NCBI GenBank assembly: GCA_037128175.1
Contig: JBAXWY010000045.1
Coordinates: 1 to 24,048, forward strand
Origin: Methanothrix sp.
GTDB lineage: Archaea > Halobacteriota > Methanosarcinia > Methanotrichales > Methanotrichaceae
DNA length: 24,048 nucleotides
Direction: 5' to 3'
Shown here: positions 1 through 7,829 of the stretch, piece after piece
How positions within the stretch are numbered: position 1 is the stretch's first letter
Layout of the letters: each line of letters starts with the position of its first letter
The notes under the pieces: model-generated
The model's input: the letters and a program-made list of their open reading frames with translations, nothing else
The model's database searches: none
What the model was told of the DNA's origin: nothing
Program-made: the position numbers and the translations under genes

Positions 1-23
1 AAGGGTTGAATTGTCTCCAAATG

Positions 24-143
24 CTAACCTTGAAGCTGGCCAGCTAAACACGTACAACCCAGTAATAGTGATAGTGAGTAAACAGCAAATATAATTACCA
101 ATATTTCGTTAATATCAATTTTAGGGTTAGTGTTCCAATTCAT
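24..143 (-). other. Short hydrophobic ORF (39 aa) or frameshifted 5' end of a membrane protein gene running off the window edge
   Basis: ATG at 143 with GGAG at 154-151 gives MNWNTNPKIDINEILVIIFAVYSLSLLLGCTCLAGQLQG*; a neighbouring frame is open from 108 to the window edge (RNIGNYICCLLTITITGLYVFSWPASRLAFGDNSTL). Confidence 0.25.
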
Positions 144-575
144 GCCTTATCTCCATAAAGTAATATAACCTGGTGATCAATACCGACAGATTTGTTTGAG
201 TTCAGCTTTACATATAGCTCTCTAATTTTTTGTATTGGCATGACATAGCTCTCCATATGCTTGAAGTGCCGGATATCTCAGCAGGTCTTGTTCAGGCTTA
301 TGCTTTCTCCCTTGTTTATTGGGTATTTCAGCCTTTTCATATACCAGCTAACGTGCAACCTTCTAGGGATGGGCTGGAAATCCGATATTTTGCCACTGAT
401 TTCCTATGACGACATCCACAGGTCGCCTGGCGTTTTCTGCCCAAGTCAAAACCATGGCATTCCATCAGAAATTCCACATGCTCCGCGCCATAAGATAGAC
501 GAAATGCCAGGCGTGGTCTAATCTCAAGCTATGATTTTGATATTAGGATTCTAAATACTGGTCTACTACAGTAAC

Positions 576-1769
576 TCACTTAATCCAATTACAAGATATG
601 GCAATCATACCTGCATCACCACTTGTAGGTATCACTTCAAAGGAGAATTGCTTATCAATCCAGTCATAAGTGGTTATGTAATCCAAGCTTTGGGCCGCCG
701 GGCTGAGAAGATACTTTCCTGAGAGCATAGGTATGTGATCGATATTGAGGTCTATATATCCGCCGCCTACGGATACTCTTAGTGGTGTCTTCTTAATCTT
801 CGTGTTCGTTCCAAAGATGTGACGACCATCTTCTGTATGAATTGCAATACCAAAAGTTATGTCTGATACATCTTCGAGGGCATAGTAGTGAATCCTCACA
901 GTCAGTGGGTCCATCGAATTGACTCTCAATCCTTTAATTCCGAATTTATCTAAAAATTCCACATCAGTTATGGTCACCTTCTGATTGCCCCACCTTTTCG
1001 GACTACCTGACTCCTTTGTGGAATCATCAGAGCTATCCTTGCTTTCAGACCGACAATAAACATATTTATCTAATACCTCTCCCGTCTCCCCAAACGCCCT
1101 CTGCTCGCCGCCGCCCAGGAGCAGCGTCCGATCACAAAAGCGCCTAACAGCACCAAGGTCATGAGAGACTAAGAGAATCGTCACCCCCTCTTTCCGGTAG
1201 CGGTTGAATACATCAAAGCACTTTTGCTGAAACTCCATGTCTCCCACGGCCAGCACCTCGTCCACCAAGAGGACATCCGGGTCGGTCTGAATGGCAGTGG
1301 AGAAGGCCAGGCGCACCTGCATTCCTGAGGAGAGATTCTTGAGCTTGGTGTCCTCGAACTTATAGAGGCCCGCAAAATCGATCACATCATCGATACGCTC
1401 ATCGATCTCTCTTCTGGATAGGCCCATGATGGTGCCGTAAACGCCAATATTTTCCCGGGCCGTCATATCGGGATTAAAGCCCACACCCAATTCCAAAAAG
1501 GGCGTCATCTTTCCTTTGACCCGGACAGTTCCCTTTGAGGCCCGCAAAATGTTGGCTATGATCTTGAGAAGCGTGCTCTTGCCTGAGCCGTTGTCCCCGA
1601 TTATGCCCACACATTCGCCCGCTTCCACCTGGAAACTGATGTCCTTTAATACTGAGAATGTCTCATAATTATTGGGCCTCATCATGCCCATCAGGTTCTC
1701 AAAGAACGTGGTCCTTTTCTCATGGGGAATCTGGAAGGTCTTCCAAATGTGCTCCACCTCAACCGCCAT
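576..1769 (-). CDS. wzt: Polysaccharide ABC exporter ATP-binding subunit with C-terminal Wzt_C carbohydrate-binding domain
   Basis: Walker A GDNGSGKST, signature LSSGMQVRLAF, Walker B LLVDEVLAVGD, C-terminal beta-rich domain. Start moved to ATG 1769 (MAVEVEHIWK), just after the wzm stop; the track's 1901 start overlaps wzm. Confidence 0.93.
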   Translation of the reverse strand: MAVEVEHIWKTFQIPHEKRTTFFENLMGMMRPNNYETFSVLKDISFQVEAGECVGIIGDNGSGKSTLLKIIANILRASKGTVRVKGKMTPFLELGVGFNPDMTARENIGVYGTIMGLSRREIDERIDDVIDFAGLYKFEDTKLKNLSSGMQVRLAFSTAIQTDPDVLLVDEVLAVGDMEFQQKCFDVFNRYRKEGVTILLVSHDLGAVRRFCDRTLLLGGGEQRAFGETGEVLDKYVYCRSESKDSSDDSTKESGSPKRWGNQKVTITDVEFLDKFGIKGLRVNSMDPLTVRIHYYALEDVSDITFGIAIHTEDGRHIFGTNTKIKKTPLRVSVGGGYIDLNIDHIPMLSGKYLLSPAAQSLDYITTYDWIDKQFSFEVIPTSGDAGMIAISCNWIK

Positions 1770-1771
1770 TC

Positions 1772-2563
1772 CTAGATCGCCTCGGCAAATTTGGGCTCCA
1801 GTCGGTCGAAGATGAGGTAGCCTATGAAAAGCACCAGCACAGAGGATACGGCCAGGTAGACCAGACTCAAGGAATCTGGACCGATTCTGTAGAGTATGCA
1901 ATCACGCATCATTGTTATTATCTGGGCCATGGGATTAATCATTACCATCTCGCGCACATTCTCAGGAAATATGGTGATAGGATAAATAATTGGCGTGGCA
2001 AAGAAGCCTATCTGCACAATCACTTTCCAGATGAATTGCACATCTCTGAAGTAGACATTCAAGGCGGCCAAGGCCAGAGATAATCCCAGGATGATGAGAA
2101 ATTGGCATGCGAATATGATTGGGAAGTAGGCTACAGTCATCCCGGGCAAAACTCTGAAGACTGCCATGAATATTATGAATACTACGAACTCCAGCGCCGT
2201 CATCATGAGCGCCATGATGCAGGTGGATATGACGAGAATATCCCTGGGGAAGTAGACTTTTTGCACCAGGCTGGGCTTTCCCACAATGCCATAGATGCTT
2301 AAGGAAGTTCCTCGATCCAGGAAGTTCCAGAGGATGATTCCGAGCAACAGGAAGAGCTGGTAGTGCTCGACCTGGATGCGCATGAGGTTCGTGAATACGA
2401 CATAAAGGACGACGAGCATGAGCAGCGGGTCTAAGAGCGACCAGAAGAAGCCCAGTGCCGAGTTCTTGTAGCGCAGCTTGAAGTCACTCCAGGCCAACCG
2501 CAGAATCAGATCGCGGTACCTGTAAAGCTCATGAATGTGATTTGCGGTCAGCAACTTGTACAC
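1772..2563 (-). CDS. wzm: Polysaccharide ABC exporter permease (ABC-2 type)
   Basis: RYKNSALGFFWSLLDPL, YFPR, FRDV, TPIIYP and NPM motifs; about 6 TM segments; GTG start; directly upstream of wzt. Confidence 0.93.
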   Translation of the reverse strand: MYKLLTANHIHELYRYRDLILRLAWSDFKLRYKNSALGFFWSLLDPLLMLVVLYVVFTNLMRIQVEHYQLFLLLGIILWNFLDRGTSLSIYGIVGKPSLVQKVYFPRDILVISTCIMALMMTALEFVVFIIFMAVFRVLPGMTVAYFPIIFACQFLIILGLSLALAALNVYFRDVQFIWKVIVQIGFFATPIIYPITIFPENVREMVMINPMAQIITMMRDCILYRIGPDSLSLVYLAVSSVLVLFIGYLIFDRLEPKFAEAI

Positions 2564-2628
2564 CTTGCAATCAGATTTTCGGCTCCGAAAGTCGCCGGGA
2601 GATGCGGCCCATCTCTATCCTGCGCAGT

Positions 2629-2675
2629 GATAATAAACCTTTGCACTCAGTTTCGCAAAACCTTTAATATTAATA
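2629..2675. promoter_or_regulatory. Putative divergent archaeal BRE/TATA promoters for wzm (minus) and the acylphosphatase gene (plus)
   Basis: Plus: AAAACCTTTAATAT at 2657-2670, about 25 nt before ATG 2695 (leaderless-like). Minus: AAAGGTTTATTA at 2642-2631. Confidence 0.5.
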
Positions 2676-2694
2676 ACGCAGATTTTATCCTTGG

Positions 2695-3339
2695 ATGAAA
2701 CTCAAGATCGTGATCCATGGTCCCAAGGTCCACAATGTAGGATATCGCTATTTCCTGCTTAGCAATGCTGATAATCTTGGCCTAAAGGGTTTCTCGGCGC
2801 GAAATATGAAAGCGAATGGCCAACAGGTAGTGCAAATTCTTTTAGAGGGAGATGATGGCCAGGTTTCCGAATTCCTGGAGGTCGCAAAAACCCAGCAGCC
2901 GAAAGCCGCAGAGGTCGCCGACATAGCCTTTGAGGATTATCAAGATCGCGTAGAAAGCTTATCTAAATTCTCTTTCCGATTTCAGTCTCTGCAGGTCAGC
3001 AAGGGCATTGAATCAATTCTGAGGATAGAGAAGTTGCAGGAGACCATGCTGGAGAAACAGGATCAAATGCTTGGCAAGCAGGATCAAATGCTTGGCAAGC
3101 AGGATCAAATGCTTGGCAAGCAGGATCAAATGCTCGATAAGCTGGAGAATGTTCGGCTTGATATTGTCGATGAGATCCGGACCTCCTCAGAATCCCTCAT
3201 TTCTGAAATGAAGAATGCAGGGGAACGGAATGCTGTGGATTTGCGAGATTCCCATACCGACCTGAAGTGTTATCTCGATGAGAAATTGGGCAAGATTGAG
3301 GTGGATATTTCTCGCATCAAAGCCAGAATCGGCATGTGA
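2695..3339 (+). CDS. Acylphosphatase-domain protein with C-terminal heptad-repeat coiled coil
   Basis: N-terminal VHNVGYR and GFSARN match the AcyP VQGVGFR and GWVRN motifs (catalytic Arg and Asn present); C-terminal KQDQMLG repeats. Confidence 0.85.
   Translation: MKLKIVIHGPKVHNVGYRYFLLSNADNLGLKGFSARNMKANGQQVVQILLEGDDGQVSEFLEVAKTQQPKAAEVADIAFEDYQDRVESLSKFSFRFQSLQVSKGIESILRIEKLQETMLEKQDQMLGKQDQMLGKQDQMLGKQDQMLDKLENVRLDIVDEIRTSSESLISEMKNAGERNAVDLRDSHTDLKCYLDEKLGKIEVDISRIKARIGM
3058..3141 (+). repeat. 21-bp in-frame tandem repeat (CAGGATCAAATGCTTGGCAAG), 3 perfect copies plus 1 diverged copy
   Basis: Copies start at 3058, 3079, 3100 and 3121; each encodes QDQMLGK (last copy QDQMLDK). Confidence 0.97.
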
Positions 3340-3343
3340 TAAT

Positions 3344-3757
3344 TTAATCGAAAGTGATGACGGTCCTCAAGTCTTCTCGGGGTATAAACCACCCATGCTT
3401 CAGCTTTCTAGCCTTCAGCTTCTTTAGCGATGCTGCCAGCCGCTCTTGCGCTGCTGCAACTGTACCGTCGTCTTGCAGTACCTTTCCCTCCAAGAGCGCA
3501 TCCACAACGAATCCCGTTTTGGCTATTACCATATCTTCCAGCTCCTCCGGGGTCATCCAAATGTCCTGAATGCGGGCAGGCTTTCGGAAGGGCGGAAACT
3601 CGAGTCTTCTTTTCAGTTCCGGCAAGTCTGAGGCTACTACAATGAGGTCCACGTCGCTGTCCCGCCGTGCCTCATCTCTGGCTACAGAACCGAAGAGAAT
3701 TACACCCCTTACTTTAAAGCCGCACTCTTTCAGCTTGGCCAGATAGTCCTCAATCAT
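3344..3757 (-). CDS. Minimal nucleotidyltransferase (MNT), putative antitoxin
   Basis: GSVARDEARRDSDVD fits GSX10DXD; probable start ATG 3757 overlaps the HEPN stop (TGATG). Confidence 0.9.
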   Translation of the reverse strand: MIEDYLAKLKECGFKVRGVILFGSVARDEARRDSDVDLIVVASDLPELKRRLEFPPFRKPARIQDIWMTPEELEDMVIAKTGFVVDALLEGKVLQDDGTVAAAQERLAASLKKLKARKLKHGWFIPREDLRTVITFD

Positions 3758-4260
3758 CACTTCAAACATAGCCTTATTCTCTCCAGAACATCCTTGAGGT
3801 CATCTATGGCAAAGGTAGCAAAAAAGCTATACGCTGCAATTAGAACCGTTCTCGATTTGCCCATTATCTCTCTTGCTTTTTCTTCGTCATATATTTCCGA
3901 AGGCTTTATGATTCTGTCTCGGGTCTCCCATCCGTATCTAGGCATGCTTCGCTGTTTCTCTATAGACGCGGCGTTATCCGCCATAGACAGCAGAAAACCT
4001 ATCTGTTCTTTGGAAAGTGTCATTTCACGAGTTGTCTCTGGATTATTTAGGACCTCTCCTACAAGAATGTCCGATGGAAAATGCGTCTTTCCATGAACCA
4101 ACCCAAAGAAATATAAAACAGATTTCAAGATCTTTTCTGTACATTGCTGGGCGTGAAAAACGCTGCTTGGGTATCTTTCTTCATTCAGGTCTGAGATAGA
4201 ATCAGCCCGATCATCCAAAGCCATCTCCAACCAGTCTACTGTCTTTTGTATATTTTTCAT
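3757..4260 (-). CDS. HEPN domain protein
   Basis: FHAQQCTEKILKS, KTH and PRY motifs typical of MNT-associated HEPN proteins; translationally coupled to MNT. Confidence 0.9.
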   Translation of the reverse strand: MKNIQKTVDWLEMALDDRADSISDLNEERYPSSVFHAQQCTEKILKSVLYFFGLVHGKTHFPSDILVGEVLNNPETTREMTLSKEQIGFLLSMADNAASIEKQRSMPRYGWETRDRIIKPSEIYDEEKAREIMGKSRTVLIAAYSFFATFAIDDLKDVLERIRLCLK

Positions 4261-4321
4261 GTTGCATCTTTCCCCCTCGCCCGTTCTTGCCTAAATATAT
4301 GAGGGTAATATTATATATTAT

Positions 4322-5398
4322 CTATTGAATAGCTTTCTTCATCTTTTCCAGGAATATCGATGTATCGAAATCTGCAGCACGCTTCTTGCATGCTTCCTTA
4401 TACTGCTCTGGGTCTTTGGAGATCTCCTTTATCGCTCTCACCAGCTCGTCTCTTTTCGCCTCTACCAACAGGCCCGTCCTGCCCTGCACCACTGTCTCCT
4501 TGAAGCCGCCCTCATTTACTGCTACCACTGGTTTGCCGCTGGCCATGGCCTCCAGGGGCGTCAGACCAAAGTCTTCATCCTGCGCTGTGCATATCAGGCC
4601 CTTGCACTTTTCGTACAGCTCCATCAACACCTCTTCGGAGACTTCGCCACGCATATCAACATTGCCTGGGATGTTCTTAACCAGCTTTTCATAGTATTTG
4701 GCAGAATGATCTCCCTCTGCGTATCCGCCGACAACAACCAGCCTCTCCTCAGGCAGCATTCTGAAGACCTCAAACTGCAGATCAATCCTCTTCTCAGGAT
4801 AGATCCGGTTCACCGAGAGCCAGAAGTCGCCATACTCCTTGAATTGGAATCTATTGGTATCCACGGGCGGATAGATAATTTCTGAGGATCTGCTGTGAAA
4901 ATCTTTGATGCGTCGCTGCACAGTCTCGCTGATCGCAACAACACGGTCCAGGTTTCGCACCGAACGCTGATCAAACCAGCTATGCGCTCTTATCCACGAA
5001 GCCGCCAGAATTCTCAGGGCCAAATTGGACTGCCTGGCGATCATGGCCTCTCTCAGATCGTAGAAGGCCCTCACTGGCGTGTAGCAGTACCACAGGTTGG
5101 GATGATGTTTTCGCGCTGCGTAATGCGACCAGTTTCCTGAAAATATAAAGAAATCGTATTCCTGGGAAAAGTCGCATGCTGCAAATAAGAGCGAGGCTGA
5201 GATCTGCTTGAAGGGCGGCAGCTTCACGGTCTTGCCGAGACTTCTTATCCGGACATCCCCGTACCCCAGCCTTTGCACAGCTTCCAAGCTGACATCGGTG
5301 GTTATGATATCAGCAGAGAGAGCACGGGCCAGCATCAGCGCCACCCGCTCGCCCCCACCAATAGCACCGATGTAGTCCAGGAAGATGGCCGCTTTCAA
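4322..5398 (-). CDS. Glycosyltransferase family 4 (GT-B, retaining; possible mannosyl/rhamnosyl transferase)
   Basis: GGGERV, IYPPVD, KRID and [18 protein letters not shown] (EX7E) motifs; 4-bp overlap with gmd. Confidence 0.92.
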   Translation of the reverse strand: MKAAIFLDYIGAIGGGERVALMLARALSADIITTDVSLEAVQRLGYGDVRIRSLGKTVKLPPFKQISASLLFAACDFSQEYDFFIFSGNWSHYAARKHHPNLWYCYTPVRAFYDLREAMIARQSNLALRILAASWIRAHSWFDQRSVRNLDRVVAISETVQRRIKDFHSRSSEIIYPPVDTNRFQFKEYGDFWLSVNRIYPEKRIDLQFEVFRMLPEERLVVVGGYAEGDHSAKYYEKLVKNIPGNVDMRGEVSEEVLMELYEKCKGLICTAQDEDFGLTPLEAMASGKPVVAVNEGGFKETVVQGRTGLLVEAKRDELVRAIKEISKDPEQYKEACKKRAADFDTSIFLEKMKKAIQ

Positions 5399-6657
5399 TA
5401 AGACCCCTTGCGCTCCTTCTCAGCCAAATAATGATCAAGCTGATCTCTTATGATGTCCCTCACGGTATGCTCTTTCTTGAAGCCGAGCGCTTCTATCTTC
5501 TTCGTATCTGAAAGCAGTATGGGAACTTCTGCCGGCCGGAACCTCTCCGGGTTGAAGACGATTTGTATCTCTTTGTCTCCAGCCTGCGCCTTCACGCCTC
5601 TATCCTCGGCCGTGAACTCGAGCTCTCCACGCAGCATCATGCCGTCAACCTTCGTCTTTTCGAAATCAAGGCCGAAGATTGGTGTATTGTCGAGCTCGTT
5701 GGGCTGTACTATGACCTTCTCTTCGTTGAAGGTCTCAATCTTGCTGACCGGATAGCCCGCTTCTTCAAGGCTCATCAGCAGATAGCTCATCACGGAGTTG
5801 GTCCTCATGGATCCCTGGTTGTACACGTCTCCGTACTTGCCCTTCTCTGCCAGGAGCAGATAACCGTCTATGACATCGTCCACGTGGCTCCAGTCACGAA
5901 AAGCGTTGACATTTCCTATGGTTATGGCTTCCTGCTCTCCGAACTTAAGCTTCATAACCTGGGCTGTGGCAACCGATGTTACGAACATGTTGCCTCTGCC
6001 AGCTCCCTCGTGGTTGAATGCCCGTGAGATGAGGGTCTTGACGCCATAAGAGTACCAGTAGTTCCTCATCAGAAAATCGCCGTAAACTTTGCTTACGGCG
6101 TAAGGAGACATAGGCCGGAGCGGATTTGTCTCGGCGATGGGAACTTCCGGCATCTGCACAGGTGCAGGAAATATTGTACCATATTTCTCCAATGCCTTCT
6201 TGTATTGCTCTTCCGAGGAGAGCACCAGGCCGTACTCCTCGCTGCTTCCCGCGAAAACTACTATCGGATCCACATTCTTGATTCGGATGGCTTCCAGCAG
6301 ATTCGATGTCCCCCAGCAGTTGCAGAGCATGGTCTCATTGGGGTCCTCGAAAGATCGAGGCACAAACGATTGGGCTGCCAGATGGAAGATAATATCAGGC
6401 TCGCTGGCGGTGATGGCGCTTCCTATGCTCGATATGCTCTCCAGGTCGCCTTCCACCAGACGGATCTCTTTTCCTAGACCCAAACGGAGCATGTTATGCG
6501 GCACTTTGCCATCCGCCCGGCGGCGCAGCAGGCCAAAGACATTCGCGCCCTCCTCTACCAGCCGTTTGGCCATCCGTGACCCGACGAACCCGCTAATTCC
6601 AGTTATCAAAATATTTTTATCTAATAAATCCAAGGATACCACCGCCTTATTTTGCAT
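5395..6657 (-). CDS. gmd: GDP-mannose 4,6-dehydratase family protein (long form)
   Basis: [40 protein letters not shown] and FRPAEV motifs. Confidence 0.87.
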   Translation of the reverse strand: MQNKAVVSLDLLDKNILITGISGFVGSRMAKRLVEEGANVFGLLRRRADGKVPHNMLRLGLGKEIRLVEGDLESISSIGSAITASEPDIIFHLAAQSFVPRSFEDPNETMLCNCWGTSNLLEAIRIKNVDPIVVFAGSSEEYGLVLSSEEQYKKALEKYGTIFPAPVQMPEVPIAETNPLRPMSPYAVSKVYGDFLMRNYWYSYGVKTLISRAFNHEGAGRGNMFVTSVATAQVMKLKFGEQEAITIGNVNAFRDWSHVDDVIDGYLLLAEKGKYGDVYNQGSMRTNSVMSYLLMSLEEAGYPVSKIETFNEEKVIVQPNELDNTPIFGLDFEKTKVDGMMLRGELEFTAEDRGVKAQAGDKEIQIVFNPERFRPAEVPILLSDTKKIEALGFKKEHTVRDIIRDQLDHYLAEKERKGSY

Positions 6658-7552
6658 AGAATCTAAGAAGCTCTTTTACCCCTTCTTCCAGGTTGTATCT
6701 TGCCTTAAACCCGAGCACTTTCTCAGCCTTCGTTGTGTCTGAAAGGGTATGCTGAACATAATTCTTTATGGGATTCGCCACGTGTTGCGCTTTCATGGTC
6801 AATCCCATGTTCTTGTTTAAAATCTCTACCGTTTGGTTGAATGTGTAAGCCTTTCCTGTTCCTGCATTCAGAATGCCGTGATAATCCGACTTCATTGCCA
6901 GTTGCAGAGCACGTGTCAGGTCCTTTACATAGGTGAAATCCCTCGTCTGCAAGCCGTCTCCGAAGATCACAGGTGCCTTGCCGTCCCGCATTTCCCAGAG
7001 GAACTGAGTAACCATGTTGGCATATTGCTTCTTGGCAGTTTCCTTCGGCCCATAAACCGAGAAGAACCTCAAGCCCACGGAGTCGATGTCGTAGAGCTGC
7101 TTGTAAAGCTCTGCCATCCTCTCCATGGCCAGCCGGGCCTCAGTATAGTAGTCGGCAACCAAGATGGTCATGTCCTCACTATGAGGTGGCAAGAGGCCGT
7201 TGTAGAGTGATGAGGATGAGGCATAAACCACCCGTGCTCCGCACCTCTTCGCCAGCTCGAAGACCGCCGTAAAGCCGTTGAGCGCTTCGCCTACCAGGTA
7301 GGGATTCTTCTTGTACATGGGCGAAGAGGATGGAATGCCCAGATGGTAGATATTCTCGGGATGAATATCCATATCAGGTAGATCGTTGCAGCTCGCCCGG
7401 ATCAGCTTCAGGCTGCCTTGTAGGCCCTCCAGATTGCCGGGGCTTCCCGTGTGCATATTGTCCAGGACCACTATATCTTCGCCCTCTTTCAAGAGTTCCT
7501 CAACAAGGTTAGAACCGATAAATCCCGCGCCGCCTGTAATCAGTGTGCTCAT
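6647..7552 (-). CDS. NAD-dependent nucleotide-sugar epimerase/dehydratase (extended SDR)
   Basis: TGGAGFIG, YASSSSLY, LRFFSVYGP and GDGLQTRDFTYV motifs. Confidence 0.92.
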   Translation of the reverse strand: MSTLITGGAGFIGSNLVEELLKEGEDIVVLDNMHTGSPGNLEGLQGSLKLIRASCNDLPDMDIHPENIYHLGIPSSSPMYKKNPYLVGEALNGFTAVFELAKRCGARVVYASSSSLYNGLLPPHSEDMTILVADYYTEARLAMERMAELYKQLYDIDSVGLRFFSVYGPKETAKKQYANMVTQFLWEMRDGKAPVIFGDGLQTRDFTYVKDLTRALQLAMKSDYHGILNAGTGKAYTFNQTVEILNKNMGLTMKAQHVANPIKNYVQHTLSDTTKAEKVLGFKARYNLEEGVKELLRFYAK

Positions 7553-7628
7553 AATTATCTGTTTCTCAAAATTCGCGATCTCCTATATCAGTCTGTCGAA
7601 TCCCATAGGGCGCATGCTGGATGAAAAT

Positions 7629-7705
7629 TCAGTTGAGGATCGTCTCCGGGCCATCGCCAACTATCGGTGCCTTCACATTAGGGATATTCGATTGGACTGT
7701 TTCTC
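7629..7705 (-). pseudogene. Possible remnant of a GT4 glycosyltransferase gene
   Basis: Minus frame reads ETVQSNIPNVKAPIVGDGPETILN*, bounded by stops; IVGDGPE is a typical GT4 motif; same strand as the glycan operon. Confidence 0.4.
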
Positions 7706-7829
7706 AAAGACCAGCAAAGCGGCCTGATCTTCGTAAGATCTGTTTATACCTGAATTTCTGCCAAACTTTTTATAAGATCCTGCCAAATTAACAGAAATTA
7801 TTTCTCATTGTCAAAGAGGTGTTCTTTGC

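Noticed and set aside
261-521. 86-aa plus-strand ORF
   Set aside because: TTG start, no clear RBS or motif, opposite to the surrounding operon direction
1770-1901. 44-aa N-terminal extension of Wzt
   Set aside because: Overlaps the wzm coding region; the family-typical start is at 1769
3058-3141. Possible CRISPR array
   Set aside because: Repeats are contiguous with no spacers and lie in frame within a CDS
7386-7727. 113-aa plus-strand ORF
   Set aside because: Largely antisense to the epimerase 5' end; no motif
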